Source: an uncultured Spirochaetota bacterium
GTDB lineage: Bacteria; Spirochaetota; Spirochaetia; SZUA-6; Fen-1364
Assembly (NCBI GenBank): GCA_963745235.1
Contig: CAVUXE010000037.1
Location: 188,646-252,645, forward strand
Direction of reading: 5' to 3'
DNA length: 64,000 nt
The translations under genes and the position numbers were made by a program. The notes under the pieces were generated by a model. That model was given only the letters and a program-made list of their open reading frames with translations. It was not told the DNA's origin and made no database searches. Shown piece after piece: positions 30,801 to 40,724 of this stretch. Position 1 is the stretch's first letter; the number at the start of each line of letters is the position of its first letter.

Positions 30801-31678
30801 AGCTTGGCATTCCCGCCTCCAGCGTGCGCGTGATGCCGACCAGCACCGACAAGGTGCCCAACACCTCGGCAACCGCTGCATCCTCGGGGTCGGACCTGAA
30901 CGGTGCAGCGGTCAGGGCAGCCTGCGCGACCCTCCGCGAGCGGCTGGCGCCCGTTGCCGCGGGGATGCTGGCCCGCACAGCAGGCGCCCAGGTTCCACCA
31001 GGGAGCGTGGTATTCAGCGACGGCTGCGCTCACGCGGGTCAGGGAGGAGGCACTGGTGCGCGGCTCAGCTTTGCAGAGGTCTGCCAGGAGGCGTACCGAC
31101 AGCGGATCAGCCTTTCGACAACCGGATACTATGCGACGCCGGGAATCACCTGGAACTGGGAAAAGCAGGAAGGCCACCCCTTCTACTATTTCGCCTGCGG
31201 CGCGGCGGTGAGCGAGGTGGAAGTGGATGGCTACACCGGGATGCACCGGGTGCTTCGAACGGACATCGTGCACGACGTGGGTGAATCCCTGAACCCCGGC
31301 GTGGACCGGGGCCAGATCGAGGGAGGGTTCGTGCAGGGGGTTGGCTGGCTCACCAGGGAGGAGCTGGCATGGGACAAGGAAGGTCGGCTCCTGACTCACG
31401 GCGCGAGCACCTACCAGATCCCCGCCATCAGCGACGCACCCCTGGAGATGCGCATCACGATGCTGCCCAACGCGGCCCAGCATGGCACCATTCACGGAAG
31501 CAAGGCAGTCGGGGAGCCGCCGCTGATGCTCGCCTTTTCGGTTCGGGAGGCAATCCGTGACGCAGTTGCAGCCTTCGGCAGGCCTGGCGGTGAGATAGGA
31601 CTTGCGGCGCCATCAACGTCTGAGGCCATTTTCGCTGCAATTGAGGCGCGCAGGAACGGCCAGAACAGCCTCGGCTGA
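27815..31678 (+). CDS. xdhAB: Single-chain xanthine dehydrogenase (XdhA 2Fe-2S/FAD fused to XdhB molybdopterin subunit)
   Basis: GTKCGCAEGDCGACTV, QCGYCTPG, NLCRCTGY, FAD motif IRNRATMGGNLATASPIGD, GQEHFYLE, GGAFGGKE, TAFRGFGGPQG and SKAVGEPP, all in one 1287-aa ORF. Confidence 0.94.
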   Translation: MKSPRGLTRTRKKAAASAPTPASFTVVINGKPVVVEDIAPTTTLLEYLRTHGYTGTKCGCAEGDCGACTVALVDRDAAGKPTYRAFNSCIALLPMFAGREIVTVEGLATGEKLHPVQAHMVEKYGSQCGYCTPGFVVSLFEAYYREDCHDASQLSDQLSGNLCRCTGYRPIRDAALAALGQRDAENGKPDPFRARLGSPVEPISFLDYSARGERFLRPATLDDLFALLQEHPEARLVAGATEIGVDINKKFLPCPLLISTEGVPELTRIWSTPLEWHVGAAATLTAIEELLGAEYPSLAKMLRVFASRGIRNRATMGGNLATASPIGDSAPVLLTLDARLVLASAAGERTAAMDEFSLGYRKTDLRAGEIIREIVIPRISGAQGAARKAEFIKVSKRRELDISIVAGAFRVDLAPDGRVHEARIAFGGVALATRRARKAEAALEGRTIAEAREAVAAALAGEYQPIDDVRGSAAYRRGLIVSLWEKFASGEKSIAVDGSLEFAAGNSPAVADASRSLHHESARGHVSGAAQYVDDLAQRRPMLEAWPVCSKHARARITRRNADTARSAPGVVAVLMAEDIPGHNNVGTSRNDEPLFASEEVLYHGQLIALVVGTSLKECRAAAGLVEVDYEPLQPVLGIKDAIARGSFLTEPHTIRRGDCEKALSFAPHHLEGEVSSGGQEHFYLETHAAWAEAGEKGTLFVCSSTQHPSEIQAILSELLHAPRNSIVVQSPRMGGAFGGKEVQGNTFAALVALAAVRTGKPVRMQLDRDLDIMISGKRHPFWSKFSAGYDDQGKVLAVRVDIFSDGGWSLDLSQPIIDRAVFHLDNIYYLPAVAFTGRVVRTNTTSHTAFRGFGGPQGMLVIEEIMDRVARRLGLPPEVVRERNMYHGSGETNTTHYGEDIGDNRLQTMWKQAFDQAGFRERRLEIDAWNRQHDRVKRGLAITGEKFGISFTLAAYNQAGALVLIYQDGTVQVNHGGTEMGQGLHTKVLGVVMRELGIPASSVRVMPTSTDKVPNTSATAASSGSDLNGAAVRAACATLRERLAPVAAGMLARTAGAQVPPGSVVFSDGCAHAGQGGGTGARLSFAEVCQEAYRQRISLSTTGYYATPGITWNWEKQEGHPFYYFACGAAVSEVEVDGYTGMHRVLRTDIVHDVGESLNPGVDRGQIEGGFVQGVGWLTREELAWDKEGRLLTHGASTYQIPAISDAPLEMRITMLPNAAQHGTIHGSKAVGEPPLMLAFSVREAIRDAVAAFGRPGGEIGLAAPSTSEAIFAAIEARRNGQNSLG

Positions 31679-31709
31679 CGGACGCGCGCCCGGGGGTCAG
31701 ACGCCCGGG

Positions 31710-32510
31710 TCAGACGTCCTGAAAGAACACCGGGCCCGAAGGGGTGTCCCCTCGAAACGGCTCACCGCCGAGCACCTGATCACAGGCTCCCCGCCAGCCC
31801 GAAACCCTCAGCTTCGCGTAGATGTGCTCCAGGTGCTTCTCCACCGTATGCCTGCTGACGAAAAGGCGTTCGGCAATCTCTCTGACCGACAGTCTCTCGC
31901 AGAGCATCCCGGCAATCTCCAGCTCGCGTCGGGTGAAACCCGACTGGGACGCCCGGGCATGGAGACTCTGCTTCCGGGTGATCGCGGGATCAGCCACGAG
32001 GAGGAAGAGATTCTGCAAGTGAGGATAGAGGATTTGCAGCCGGGTCAGCTCAGCATCCGAGAACCTGGGTCCCGGTCCCCGGAAAAGACCGAAACAGAAA
32101 CCTTCCGCCCCGTTCCCCACCCGGGGGAGGTTGGTCATGACGAGGGTTTGCGAGATCCTGTTCGCCTCGGCAAAGTCCCTTTGGAACTCCTTGTCCCCGA
32201 ACCGGGCGGGGTCAATGATCGCGACAACCGGCCACCATGGCTCAGCCGGAGGCGGAAGGCGATCAAGCGATGCATAGTGACGGAAGTAGCCCTCCCAGAT
32301 GGAGGAATGCCGGGCGTGGACCAGCCGGGGTGTCCAGAATGCTGCCGTGGACAGGGTGGCGCAGGCATGGTCGAAGGCAACCACGGTTTCGATCTGCTCC
32401 AGGGCGCGACCCAGGAAGCCTTCCGGGGTGCGCTCGGCCTCGAGAGCTTCAATGACCGTGAGTATCTTTTTCAGTACCGGGGAGGAGCTCCCGGGCCGGT
32501 GTGGCGACAT
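31710..32510 (-). CDS. LuxR-type HTH regulator with an N-terminal GAF-like sensor region
   Basis: C-terminal FTRRELEIA...LSVREIAERLFVSRHTVEKHLEHIYAKL. Confidence 0.85.
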   Translation of the reverse strand: MSPHRPGSSSPVLKKILTVIEALEAERTPEGFLGRALEQIETVVAFDHACATLSTAAFWTPRLVHARHSSIWEGYFRHYASLDRLPPPAEPWWPVVAIIDPARFGDKEFQRDFAEANRISQTLVMTNLPRVGNGAEGFCFGLFRGPGPRFSDAELTRLQILYPHLQNLFLLVADPAITRKQSLHARASQSGFTRRELEIAGMLCERLSVREIAERLFVSRHTVEKHLEHIYAKLRVSGWRGACDQVLGGEPFRGDTPSGPVFFQDV

Positions 32511-32625
32511 GCTTCTGGTCACTGAAATCTACAGGTCGCCTGGACGGTGGGTCAAGAAAAATACGCGATAATCGCTGATGCCTCCGTCGACCCGCGCCGG
32601 CTATGCTTGGGTGCGGGAGGCGCAC

Positions 32626-33312
32626 ATGAAACATTCCCTCATTGTGGGCGTGGTGCTTGCGCTGTGGGCAGTGACGCAATCACCGGCGGCATCGATCGAC
32701 TCCAACTGGAGTCAAAACGGCAAGAGCTATCCCGCGGCGCAGTTCACGAAGCCGATGCCCTGGGCGGCGGGACAGTACGTCGTAACCGGCGCCACGATGA
32801 ACGGCGCCCGCAAGGCGGTTTCCCGGACCCTGCTCGTGCGCCAGGAACAGGGGGGGTGGGTCATCGAGACATCGACCACCGGCGGCAACGGAGAGGAAAA
32901 AGTGACGCAGATGTTGATCACCGGTTTCGAGCAGGCCATGACGACGGGTGACACCTCCGGCCTGGATCTCGTCTGGCTCAAGACCCTCAAGAAAGGCGGC
33001 GGCGTGACCACGATGCAGGGAGCCCAGCTCGGTTTCCTCAAGGGAATGTACAAGTCCGCCTACGAAGGCCTGGTCACGAAAACGTCCGGCCTTGCCGACG
33101 GCGGCGCCATCCAGGTGCCCGCGGGGTCTTTTGCCGGCACGAGCACGATCAAGGCCACGGTGAAGGTCCTGATGTCGACCGTCGAGTCGCAGGTCTGGCT
33201 GAACCCGGCCGTTCCCGTGAACGGCGTCGTCAAGAGCATGACCACTGACGGCAAGATGGTCGTGGAGCTCCTCTCGTTCGGCTTTGACGGGGCACCGAAA
33301 ATCCCGAACTGA
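32626..33312 (+). CDS. Secreted hypothetical protein
   Basis: GGAGG SD, signal peptide MKHSLIVGVVLALWAVTQSPA, beta-rich sequence containing VPAGSF; divergent from the LuxR-type gene. Confidence 0.75.
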   Translation: MKHSLIVGVVLALWAVTQSPAASIDSNWSQNGKSYPAAQFTKPMPWAAGQYVVTGATMNGARKAVSRTLLVRQEQGGWVIETSTTGGNGEEKVTQMLITGFEQAMTTGDTSGLDLVWLKTLKKGGGVTTMQGAQLGFLKGMYKSAYEGLVTKTSGLADGGAIQVPAGSFAGTSTIKATVKVLMSTVESQVWLNPAVPVNGVVKSMTTDGKMVVELLSFGFDGAPKIPN

Positions 33313-33359
33313 AGACCTGCAGCTTCCCATTCACCGCTGTCCGCCTGTAATCTCCCCTC

Positions 33360-34535
33360 ATGCCCGTCTCTCGTCCCTTCGACAGGGAAGATGCAATTCG
33401 TCTCCTCGCGGACCTGGTGCGCGTGCCCACCGTGAACCCCCCGGGCGCGGACACGGAGGGCGCGCAGCTCCTTGCCCGCGAGCTGGACCGCAGGGGTCTG
33501 CACCCCGAGCTGACCGAGATTGCCCCGGGACAGGCAAACGTCACCGCCCGGCTGCGGGGGACGGGCGAGGTGCCGGCCCTTCTGTTCAACGGGCACATCG
33601 ACGTGGTCCCGCCGGGCGAGGTGCCATGGAAGCACCCGCCGTTTGGCGCCCAGATCGAGAACGGCAGGCTCTACGGGCGCGGTGCCGCGGATATGAAAAG
33701 CGGGCTTGCGGCCATGGTGACCGCCTTCGACGTGGTGGCGCGCACAGCGGGCAGGCTCCGCGGGGACCTTCTCTTCTCGGCAGTCTCGGACGAGGAAATG
33801 GGGGCGAGCGGCGCGCGGAGGCTTGCCGCGGACGGGTTCCTGCGGGGAGTCGGCGCCGTGGTGATAGGCGAGCCCACGGGCTTCAACGCGTATATCGCGC
33901 AGAAGGGCCTCTGCTGGCTGGAGCTTGAAACTGTGGGCATGACGGCCCATGGATCCATGCCTCACCTCGGCCACAATGCGATCGTGGATATGAACGGGTT
34001 GCTGGAAGAGGTCCTCGCCATTCCCCTGCGGGAAGGCCCGGACCCGGGCCACGGAAGGACCACCCTCAACATTGGGATGATTCACGGCGGCGTCGGGCCC
34101 AACGTGGTCCCGGACCTCTGCCGCGTGAGCCTGGACTTCCGGCTGCCGCCGGGCATCACCCAGGGAGAAATCATCAAGGAGGTTCGCGCCGCCATGACGC
34201 GAGCCCAGGCAGGAAAAACGGGGATGAAAACGAACATCCGCACCACGGGCAGCAGGGCACCGGCTGCGACCTCGGCGGGTGATCCAATTGTGCGGCTTGT
34301 CCTCAAGGTGTGCGAAGAGAAGTTTCACCGGCGGCAGGAAGCCCTGCCGACGCCGGGGTATGCCACGGATGCCAGTGAGATGTGCTCGGATCCCCCCGTT
34401 CCATTTGTCATCATTGGTCCCGGACGGGAAGAGCTTGCCCACAAGCCTGATGAGAATGTGGAAATCGATGACTACCTGAAAGCCATCGAGCTGTACACGG
34501 AGCTGGCGGAGAGATACCTGCGCGGGCCTGACTGA
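33360..34535 (+). CDS. M20-family ArgE/DapE-like deacylase
   Basis: FNGHIDVVP, GRGAADMKSG, SDEE, GEP, AHGS and AHKPDE: metal ligands intact. Confidence 0.9.
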   Translation: MPVSRPFDREDAIRLLADLVRVPTVNPPGADTEGAQLLARELDRRGLHPELTEIAPGQANVTARLRGTGEVPALLFNGHIDVVPPGEVPWKHPPFGAQIENGRLYGRGAADMKSGLAAMVTAFDVVARTAGRLRGDLLFSAVSDEEMGASGARRLAADGFLRGVGAVVIGEPTGFNAYIAQKGLCWLELETVGMTAHGSMPHLGHNAIVDMNGLLEEVLAIPLREGPDPGHGRTTLNIGMIHGGVGPNVVPDLCRVSLDFRLPPGITQGEIIKEVRAAMTRAQAGKTGMKTNIRTTGSRAPAATSAGDPIVRLVLKVCEEKFHRRQEALPTPGYATDASEMCSDPPVPFVIIGPGREELAHKPDENVEIDDYLKAIELYTELAERYLRGPD

Positions 34536-34626
34536 GGCCTCGGCTCCGACGGCCTGCGCCCGTGAGCCGCGCAGGGGGGCGCGCTTCTGCCTTTGCTTCA
34601 CATAGGCGCGCCCTCTGCCGGATGAT

Positions 34627-35004
34627 CTAGTTGGGAAGCGCGATCTTTATGGCTTGTGACTCCAGGTGCGTGTTCCCCGTGTTGACGAAGAGTTTTTCCC
34701 AGACTTGGGCGGGGTGGCCCGGACCCATTTCCCAGGTGGTTGAAACCGGAATCGAGGTAACCCCTGGTTTCACGGTCCACAGCTTCATCTCTGACTTTGC
34801 ACCGTCGCTTCTCTCCCAGTGGTAGTTGAACACCAGCGGGGTGGTGAAGACTGCCACCCGAACGGTGAAGTGGACAAGCGTGTTCCCGTTTGCAAGCTTC
34901 TGGGAGCTTGCCCCGACGCCCTGGATGCCTACGGGGTCGGCGAAGAGCACCCCTGGGACGAGTATGGCGCCCAGGAGAATCACAAAGAGCAGCGTCTTCT
35001 TCAT
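34627..35004 (-). CDS. Small secreted hypothetical protein (beta-sandwich-like)
   Basis: AAGGAGG SD and signal peptide MKKTLLFVILLGAILVPGVLFA. Confidence 0.75.
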   Translation of the reverse strand: MKKTLLFVILLGAILVPGVLFADPVGIQGVGASSQKLANGNTLVHFTVRVAVFTTPLVFNYHWERSDGAKSEMKLWTVKPGVTSIPVSTTWEMGPGHPAQVWEKLFVNTGNTHLESQAIKIALPN

Positions 35005-35084
35005 GCCCAACACCTCCTTACGACCGTGCTTGAATTGTACTCGTAAAAGACGCCTCGGACCACAGTTTCCGCCCGCGAATTGCC

Positions 35085-35113
35085 TTGCCCGGGGAGCGTG
35101 CAAGCCCTATTTT
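35085..35113 (+). promoter_or_regulatory. Sigma70-type promoter of metE
   Basis: TTGCCC-N17-TATTTT, 40 nt before the start codon. Confidence 0.45.
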
Positions 35114-35153
35114 GTTGGAAAAGAGCTCTTCAGCAAACGAAAGGCGTCAAAGC

Positions 35154-37462
35154 ATGGTACGAACCGCAGTTCTCGGCTACCCGCGCATGGGCCCCGCGCG
35201 GGAGATGAAGAAGGCCCTCGAACAGTTCTGGTCCTCGAAGACAGGCCAGGGGTCACTCATGGAGGAGGCGAGGAAAGTCCGGGCAAGGCACTGGGATCTC
35301 CAGAAGGAAGCCGGGATCGACTTCATCCCTGCCGGGGATTTTTCGCTGTACGACCACATGCTCGACACCGCCGCCATGCTCGGCGCTATTCCCTCCCGAT
35401 ACGCGGGAATGTACCGGGAGAACGCGCTGGAGGCATATTTTGCAATGGCTCGAGGAAGCCAGCGCCGTAATGTGCCCGCCCTGGAAATGACGAAATGGTT
35501 TGACACGAACTACCACTACATGGTCCCCGAGATCGCCCCTGACCAGGGCTTCGGGCTCGCGTGGCGCCAGTTGCTGGACCATTACGGGGAAGCCTGCGCG
35601 GCGGGCGTCTCGGCGCGTCCGGTCCTGGTAGGCCCTGTCACGTTCCTCTCCCTGGCCAAGGGAACGGATCCTTCCGTGGACCCCCTCTCGCGCCTGGACG
35701 CGGTCCTTCCCGTCTACGAAGAGATCCTTCGGCAGCTTGGCTCCCTGGGTGCGTCCTGGGTTCAAGTGGACGAGCCCATCCTTGTCACGGACCTTTCCCC
35801 CCGACAGAAAGATGCTGTCAGGCGATCATACGCGCGTCTTGCGGGGGCCGCGAAAGTCTCCGTGATGCTGACAACGTATTTTGGAGAGCTTGCGGACAAC
35901 CTCGGCATAGTCCTGGACCTGCCCGTTGCCGGTCTGCACGTGGACCTCGTGCGGGGCCCCGCCCAGCTTGCCCGGATCCTGCGCAAACCCCCGAAAGACC
36001 TGGTGCTTTCCCTCGGCCTCATCGACGGCCGCAATATCTGGAAGGCCAATCTGGAAGGTGCCATCCGCGCCGCAGAGCAGAGCGTTGAAGCCCTCGGCTC
36101 GGACAGGGTCATCATCGCTTCTTCCTGCTCCCTTCTGCATTGCCCCGAGGATCTTTCCCTGGAGACCGGGCTGGACCCCGAAATCCGCGGCTGGCTCTCC
36201 TTCGCGCGTCAGAAGCTGGATGAGATCTCTCTCATCTCCCGGGCAGTGAACGACGGGAGACCGAGCGTCACGGCGCAGCTCGAAGAGAACAGGGTATCCC
36301 TGGAAAGCAGGGCGAAGTCGCCCCGGACGAGAAACCCTCGCGTCCGGGACCGCCTTGCTGGGCTTCGTCCAGCCATGCTGCGAAGGACCAGCCCGTTTGC
36401 AAAGCGCCGCGCAATCCAGGAGCAAGCCATCCCCCTGCCCGTATTCCCCACCACCACCATCGGGTCATTCCCCCAGACAAAAGAGGTGAGAGCGGTCCGC
36501 GCCGCGCTGAAAAGCGGTTCCCTGGAGGAAGCCGGCTACGAGAAGTTCATCGAGAAGGAGATCGAACGCACGGTACGGCTGCAGGAAGACCTGGGCCTTG
36601 ACGTCCTGGTGCACGGGGAGTTCGAGCGCAACGACATGGTGGAGTACTTCGGGCAGATGCTTTCCGGCTTCACCTTTACGACAAACGGCTGGGTCCAGAG
36701 CTACGGCTCGCGCTGCGTGAAGCCTCCAGTCATTTACGGCGACGTGGAGCGTCCGGCCGCCATGACGGTGCGCTGGTCAACCTACGCGCAGTCGCTCACC
36801 AGGCGGCCGGTGAAGGGAATGCTCGACCGGCCCGGTGACGATCCTGTGCTGGTCTTTCGTCAGAAACGATCAGCCCACCGAGCTGACCTGCAAGCAGATC
36901 GCCCTGGCGATTCGAGACGAGGTGAAAGACCTGGAGGCAGCGGGGCTTCGGATCATCCAGATCGATGAGCCGGCTCTGCGGGAGGGGCTGCCGCTGCGGC
37001 GGTCCCAGTGGAAGAACTACCTGCGCTGGGCGGTGGAGTCGTTTCGCATTGCCTCAAGCGGCGTCAGTGATTCGACACAGATCCACACGCACATGTGCTA
37101 CGCGCAGTTCGACGACATCCTCCCCTCCATCGCGGCGATGGATGCTGACGTGCTTTCCATTGAATCGACCCGTTCGCGCATGGAGCTCCTGGGCGTCTTT
37201 CGCCACCTTCCGCTACCCGAACCAGATCGGGCCCGGCGTCTACGACATCCACTCACCGCGGGTGCCGGCTGCGGAGGAGATTGAGCAGCTTCTCGCCAAG
37301 GCGCTGGCCGTGCTGCAACCCTGGCAGCTCTGGGTCAACCCGGACTGCGGCCTGAAGACCCGGGAGTGGAAAGAGGTGGAGCCGTCCCTCGCGGCGCTTG
37401 TCGCCGCGGCAAAAAAGCTGCGGGAGCGCCACTCCGCTGCCTCCGTGAAGGCGGCAGGCTGA
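35154..37462 (+). CDS. metE: Cobalamin-independent methionine synthase; apparent +1 frameshifts near 36825 and 37200
   Basis: [43 protein letters not shown], corrected KGMLTGPVTIL, IHTHMCY and [11 protein letters not shown]. Confidence 0.95.
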
Positions 37463-37475
37463 GCACAACGCGCAC

Positions 37476-39321
37476 GTGAAAAAAGACTTTCGCGCTCGAC
37501 TCTCGGGGGAAGCCACCATTCTCTTCGACGGGGCCATGGGGACCATGCTCTACCAGAAGGGCGTGTTCCTCAACCGCTCCTTCGAGGAGGTGTGCCTGTC
37601 CGACCCCAAGCTCGTCCTCGGGATCCATCGTGAGTACCTGGATGCAGGCGCAGACGTCCTGACGACAAACAGCTGGGGCGCAGGCCTTCCCAAGCTGCGC
37701 GCGGCCGGGCTGGAAGAGAAGTTTCCCTCCATCAACGAGCGCGCGGTGAAGCTGGCCCGGCAGGCAATCGAAGAGGCCGGGCGGGAAGACTCGGTGTATG
37801 TCGCCGGGTCCATCGGTCCCCTGGGAGTGAGCATCGAGCCCCTGGGCAGGATGAGCGCCGCGGAAGCGGAAGACCTCTTCGCCGGACAGGCCGGCGCCCT
37901 TGCCTCCGCCGGGGCGGACCTGCTCATCCTGGAGACATTCGTCGACCTGCGGGAGCTGGCCGCCGCCGTGCGCGGCGCGCGTCGCGCATGCGACCTCCCC
38001 CTCATCGCCTCCCTGACCATCAACAGCGAAGGGACGTCCCTCTACGGAACTGATCCCGAGCTGTTCACGGCGCGCATCGATGAGCTTGCGCCGGATGCAA
38101 TCGGGCTGAACTGCTCGGAAGGTCCCCGCGTGATGCTCGAGACCGCGGAAAAAATGGTGCGCGTCACGCGGCGGCCCGTGTGCATCCAGCCCAACGCGGG
38201 GGTCCCGTTGAACGTCAACGGCCGCAACATCTACCCGACCACCCCGACCTACATGGCGAAGTACGCCAAGCGCATGATCCAGTCCGGGGTTCGGATCGTC
38301 GGCGGCTGCTGCGGCACCACCCCGGCGCACATTCGGGAGATCCGCAACGAGATCCGCGCCCTTCAGCCCAGCATCCTGGCGGAGCACATCCGCGTGGTCG
38401 TTCCTGAGGCCGGGAAAACCCCGGTGCCCCTGGAGAAGAAGAGCGCCTGGGCGGCGCGGATTGCCCGCGGGGAGTTCGTCACGTGCGTGGAGCTCGTCCC
38501 GCCAAAGGGGATTGAGCACGGCAAGCTCATAGAGAACGCGCTGACGCTCAAGAAGGCCGGGATCGATGCGATCAACGTGCCCGGACAGCCCCCGCGCCCA
38601 GGTCAAGATGAGCGCCCTGATGGCCTCCGTCCTCCTCCAGCAGAAGGCGGGGATCGAGGCCATCCCTCACTACACGTGCAAGGACAAGAACCTGCTCGCC
38701 CTGCAGGCGGACCTCCTCGGCGCGCACGCCCTGGGCATCAGAAACGTCCTGGCCGTCACGGGAGACCCGCCCAACATGGGCACCTACCCGGATGCCACGG
38801 CCGTCTTCAACATCGACTCCATCGGGTTATGCCGCCTCATGAACATGCTCAACCACGGCTACGACCTGGGCGGGAATGCGGTCGGAGCAACCACGGAGTT
38901 CTGCATCGGCGTGGGACTCAATCCCAACGCGGTGAACCTGCAGCGGGAGCGGGAACGGCTTGCGCAGAAAATCGACGCCGGGGCAGAGTTCGCCATCACC
39001 CAGCCGGTGTTCGACGCCCCCTCCCTCCTCACGTTTCTGGACAGCATGCGCGGCGCGAAGATGATTCCCGTGGTGGCGGGGATCTGGCCGCTCGTGAGTC
39101 AGAGAAATGCGGAGTTCATGAAGAACGAGGTCCCCGGCGTCTTTGTGCCGGACGAGGTGGTCACCAGGATGTCGCGCTGCGACAGCAAGGAGGCCGCCAT
39201 GGAGGAAGGCATTGCCATTGCCCGCGAGCTGCTGGATGCGCTGCGGGGAGTCATCGCAGGAGTTCAGCTCTCCGCTCCCATGGGAAAGGTGCAGTCAGCG
39301 CTGAGCGTTGTGGGAAGATAA
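37476..39321 (+). CDS. Bifunctional homocysteine S-methyltransferase / methylenetetrahydrofolate reductase (YitJ-like); apparent +1 frameshift near 38582
   Basis: DGAMGTML, GLNC and GGCCGTTPAHI, then an MTHFR domain (VELVPPKG, TGDPP, GAEFAITQPVFD, NEVPG). Confidence 0.9.
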
Positions 39322-39386
39322 TGGCCACGGCGCATTTCCCATCCGAACAGGCGTGAGTATTATTGACCAATGGAGGGCGCACACCC

Positions 39387-40712
39387 ATGACGTCTCCCGA
39401 GTTGCCTGTCCGCCAGAACCTGGAGCGCTTCCCTGACCTCCATCCCGCGCTTGACTCCCAATCCGCGGTCACGGAGGCAAACAGGTGCCTGAACTGCTTC
39501 GACGCTCCCTGCACCGCCGCCTGTCCCACCCACATCGACGTCCCCGGCTTCATCAAGAAGATTGCAAGCGGAAACCTGGAAGGGTCCGCCCGGACAATCC
39601 TGGACTCCAACGTGCTCGGGATGAGCTGCTCCCGCGTCTGTCCGGTGGAGGTGCTGTGCGAGGGGGCGTGCGTCATGCACCGCTACAACAAGAAGCCCAT
39701 CGAGATCGGTCGCCTGCAGCGCCACTCCATGGAGGACTTCTTTGCGCGCGGCTTGTCGCTCCCCATGGCTGCCGCGCGGCGCGCGGAGAAGGTGGCGTGC
39801 GTGGGAGGCGGCCCGGCGTCTCTTGCCTGCGCCGCGGCCCTCCAGCAGCAGGGCTTTTCAGTCACCGTCATCGACAACCGTCCCCTGCCCGGCGGGCTGA
39901 CGACCTACGGGGTGGCCGAATACAAGCTTCGGCCCTCGGACAGCCTCAGGGAGGTGGACCTGGTCCGCAAGCTGGGGGTTGAGTTCCGCCAGGCAGAGGT
40001 AGGGGTGGACATGCAGCTCGACGAGCTGGAGCGCGAGTTCTCGCTGGTGTTCCTCGGCGTCGGCATGGGAGCAATGCAGCGGCTTGGCATCCCGGGTGAG
40101 GATGCGCGCGGGGTGATCGACGCGCTTCATTTCATCGAGCGGTACAAGACGGACGCAACCTTCCCGGTCAACGGCCGTGTCGCCGTGCTTGGCGGCGGAA
40201 ACACGGCAATCGACGCGGCGAACGCGGCGCGACGCCTCGGGGCCGACGAGGTCCATCTCTTCTACCGGCGCACCGAGAAGGAAATGCCCGCGTTCAGCTT
40301 CGAGTACGATCACTCGAAGATCGAGGGGGTTCTGTTCCACTGGCTCTCCCAGCCGGTGGAGATCGTGACGAACAAGGGGCGCGCGGTGGCAGTCAAGCTC
40401 GTGCGCACCCGCCTGGGGAAGCCCGACGCAACAGGCCGCAGCGCGGCAGAGCCTGTGCCCGGATCAGAGTTCGAGTTTCCCTGCGAAATGGTGATCCCTG
40501 CCCTCGGCCAGTCGCGGTTCATGGAAATGCTTCGAACCACCAGGGGCATCGGCATTTCCGATGGCGCCATAACCGTTGACCGGCCCACGGGGCGCACAGC
40601 GAACCCGAAATACTTCGCCGGCGGGGACTGCGTGAACGGCGGCCGCGAAGTGGTGGATGCCGTGGCGGACGGCAAGCGGGCCGCGCTGGCAATAACCCGG
40701 CAGCTCTCCTAG
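39387..40712 (+). CDS. preT: Dihydropyrimidine dehydrogenase FAD/Fe-S subunit
   Basis: RCLNCFDAPCTAACPTHIDVP, CSRVCPVEVLCEGAC, GGGPAS, GGGNTAID and AGGDCVNGG motifs; upstream of preA. Confidence 0.9.
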   Translation: MTSPELPVRQNLERFPDLHPALDSQSAVTEANRCLNCFDAPCTAACPTHIDVPGFIKKIASGNLEGSARTILDSNVLGMSCSRVCPVEVLCEGACVMHRYNKKPIEIGRLQRHSMEDFFARGLSLPMAAARRAEKVACVGGGPASLACAAALQQQGFSVTVIDNRPLPGGLTTYGVAEYKLRPSDSLREVDLVRKLGVEFRQAEVGVDMQLDELEREFSLVFLGVGMGAMQRLGIPGEDARGVIDALHFIERYKTDATFPVNGRVAVLGGGNTAIDAANAARRLGADEVHLFYRRTEKEMPAFSFEYDHSKIEGVLFHWLSQPVEIVTNKGRAVAVKLVRTRLGKPDATGRSAAEPVPGSEFEFPCEMVIPALGQSRFMEMLRTTRGIGISDGAITVDRPTGRTANPKYFAGGDCVNGGREVVDAVADGKRAALAITRQLS

Positions 40713-40724
40713 GGGGGAAGAAGT

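Noticed and set aside
31694-31716. Short direct repeat GGGTCAGACG x2 between the convergent xdh and luxR-type genes
   Set aside because: Only 10 bp in GC-rich DNA with no element between the copies; not evidence of an insertion.
34571-34618. Imperfect inverted repeat between convergent genes as a terminator
   Set aside because: It has a 21-nt loop, mismatches and no U-tract, which is too weak to call.
35154-39321. metE and the YitJ-like gene as pseudogenes or programmed frameshifts
   Set aside because: Each break is a single extra base with no slippery heptamer and no other decay, the same pattern seen in unrelated genes across the window.
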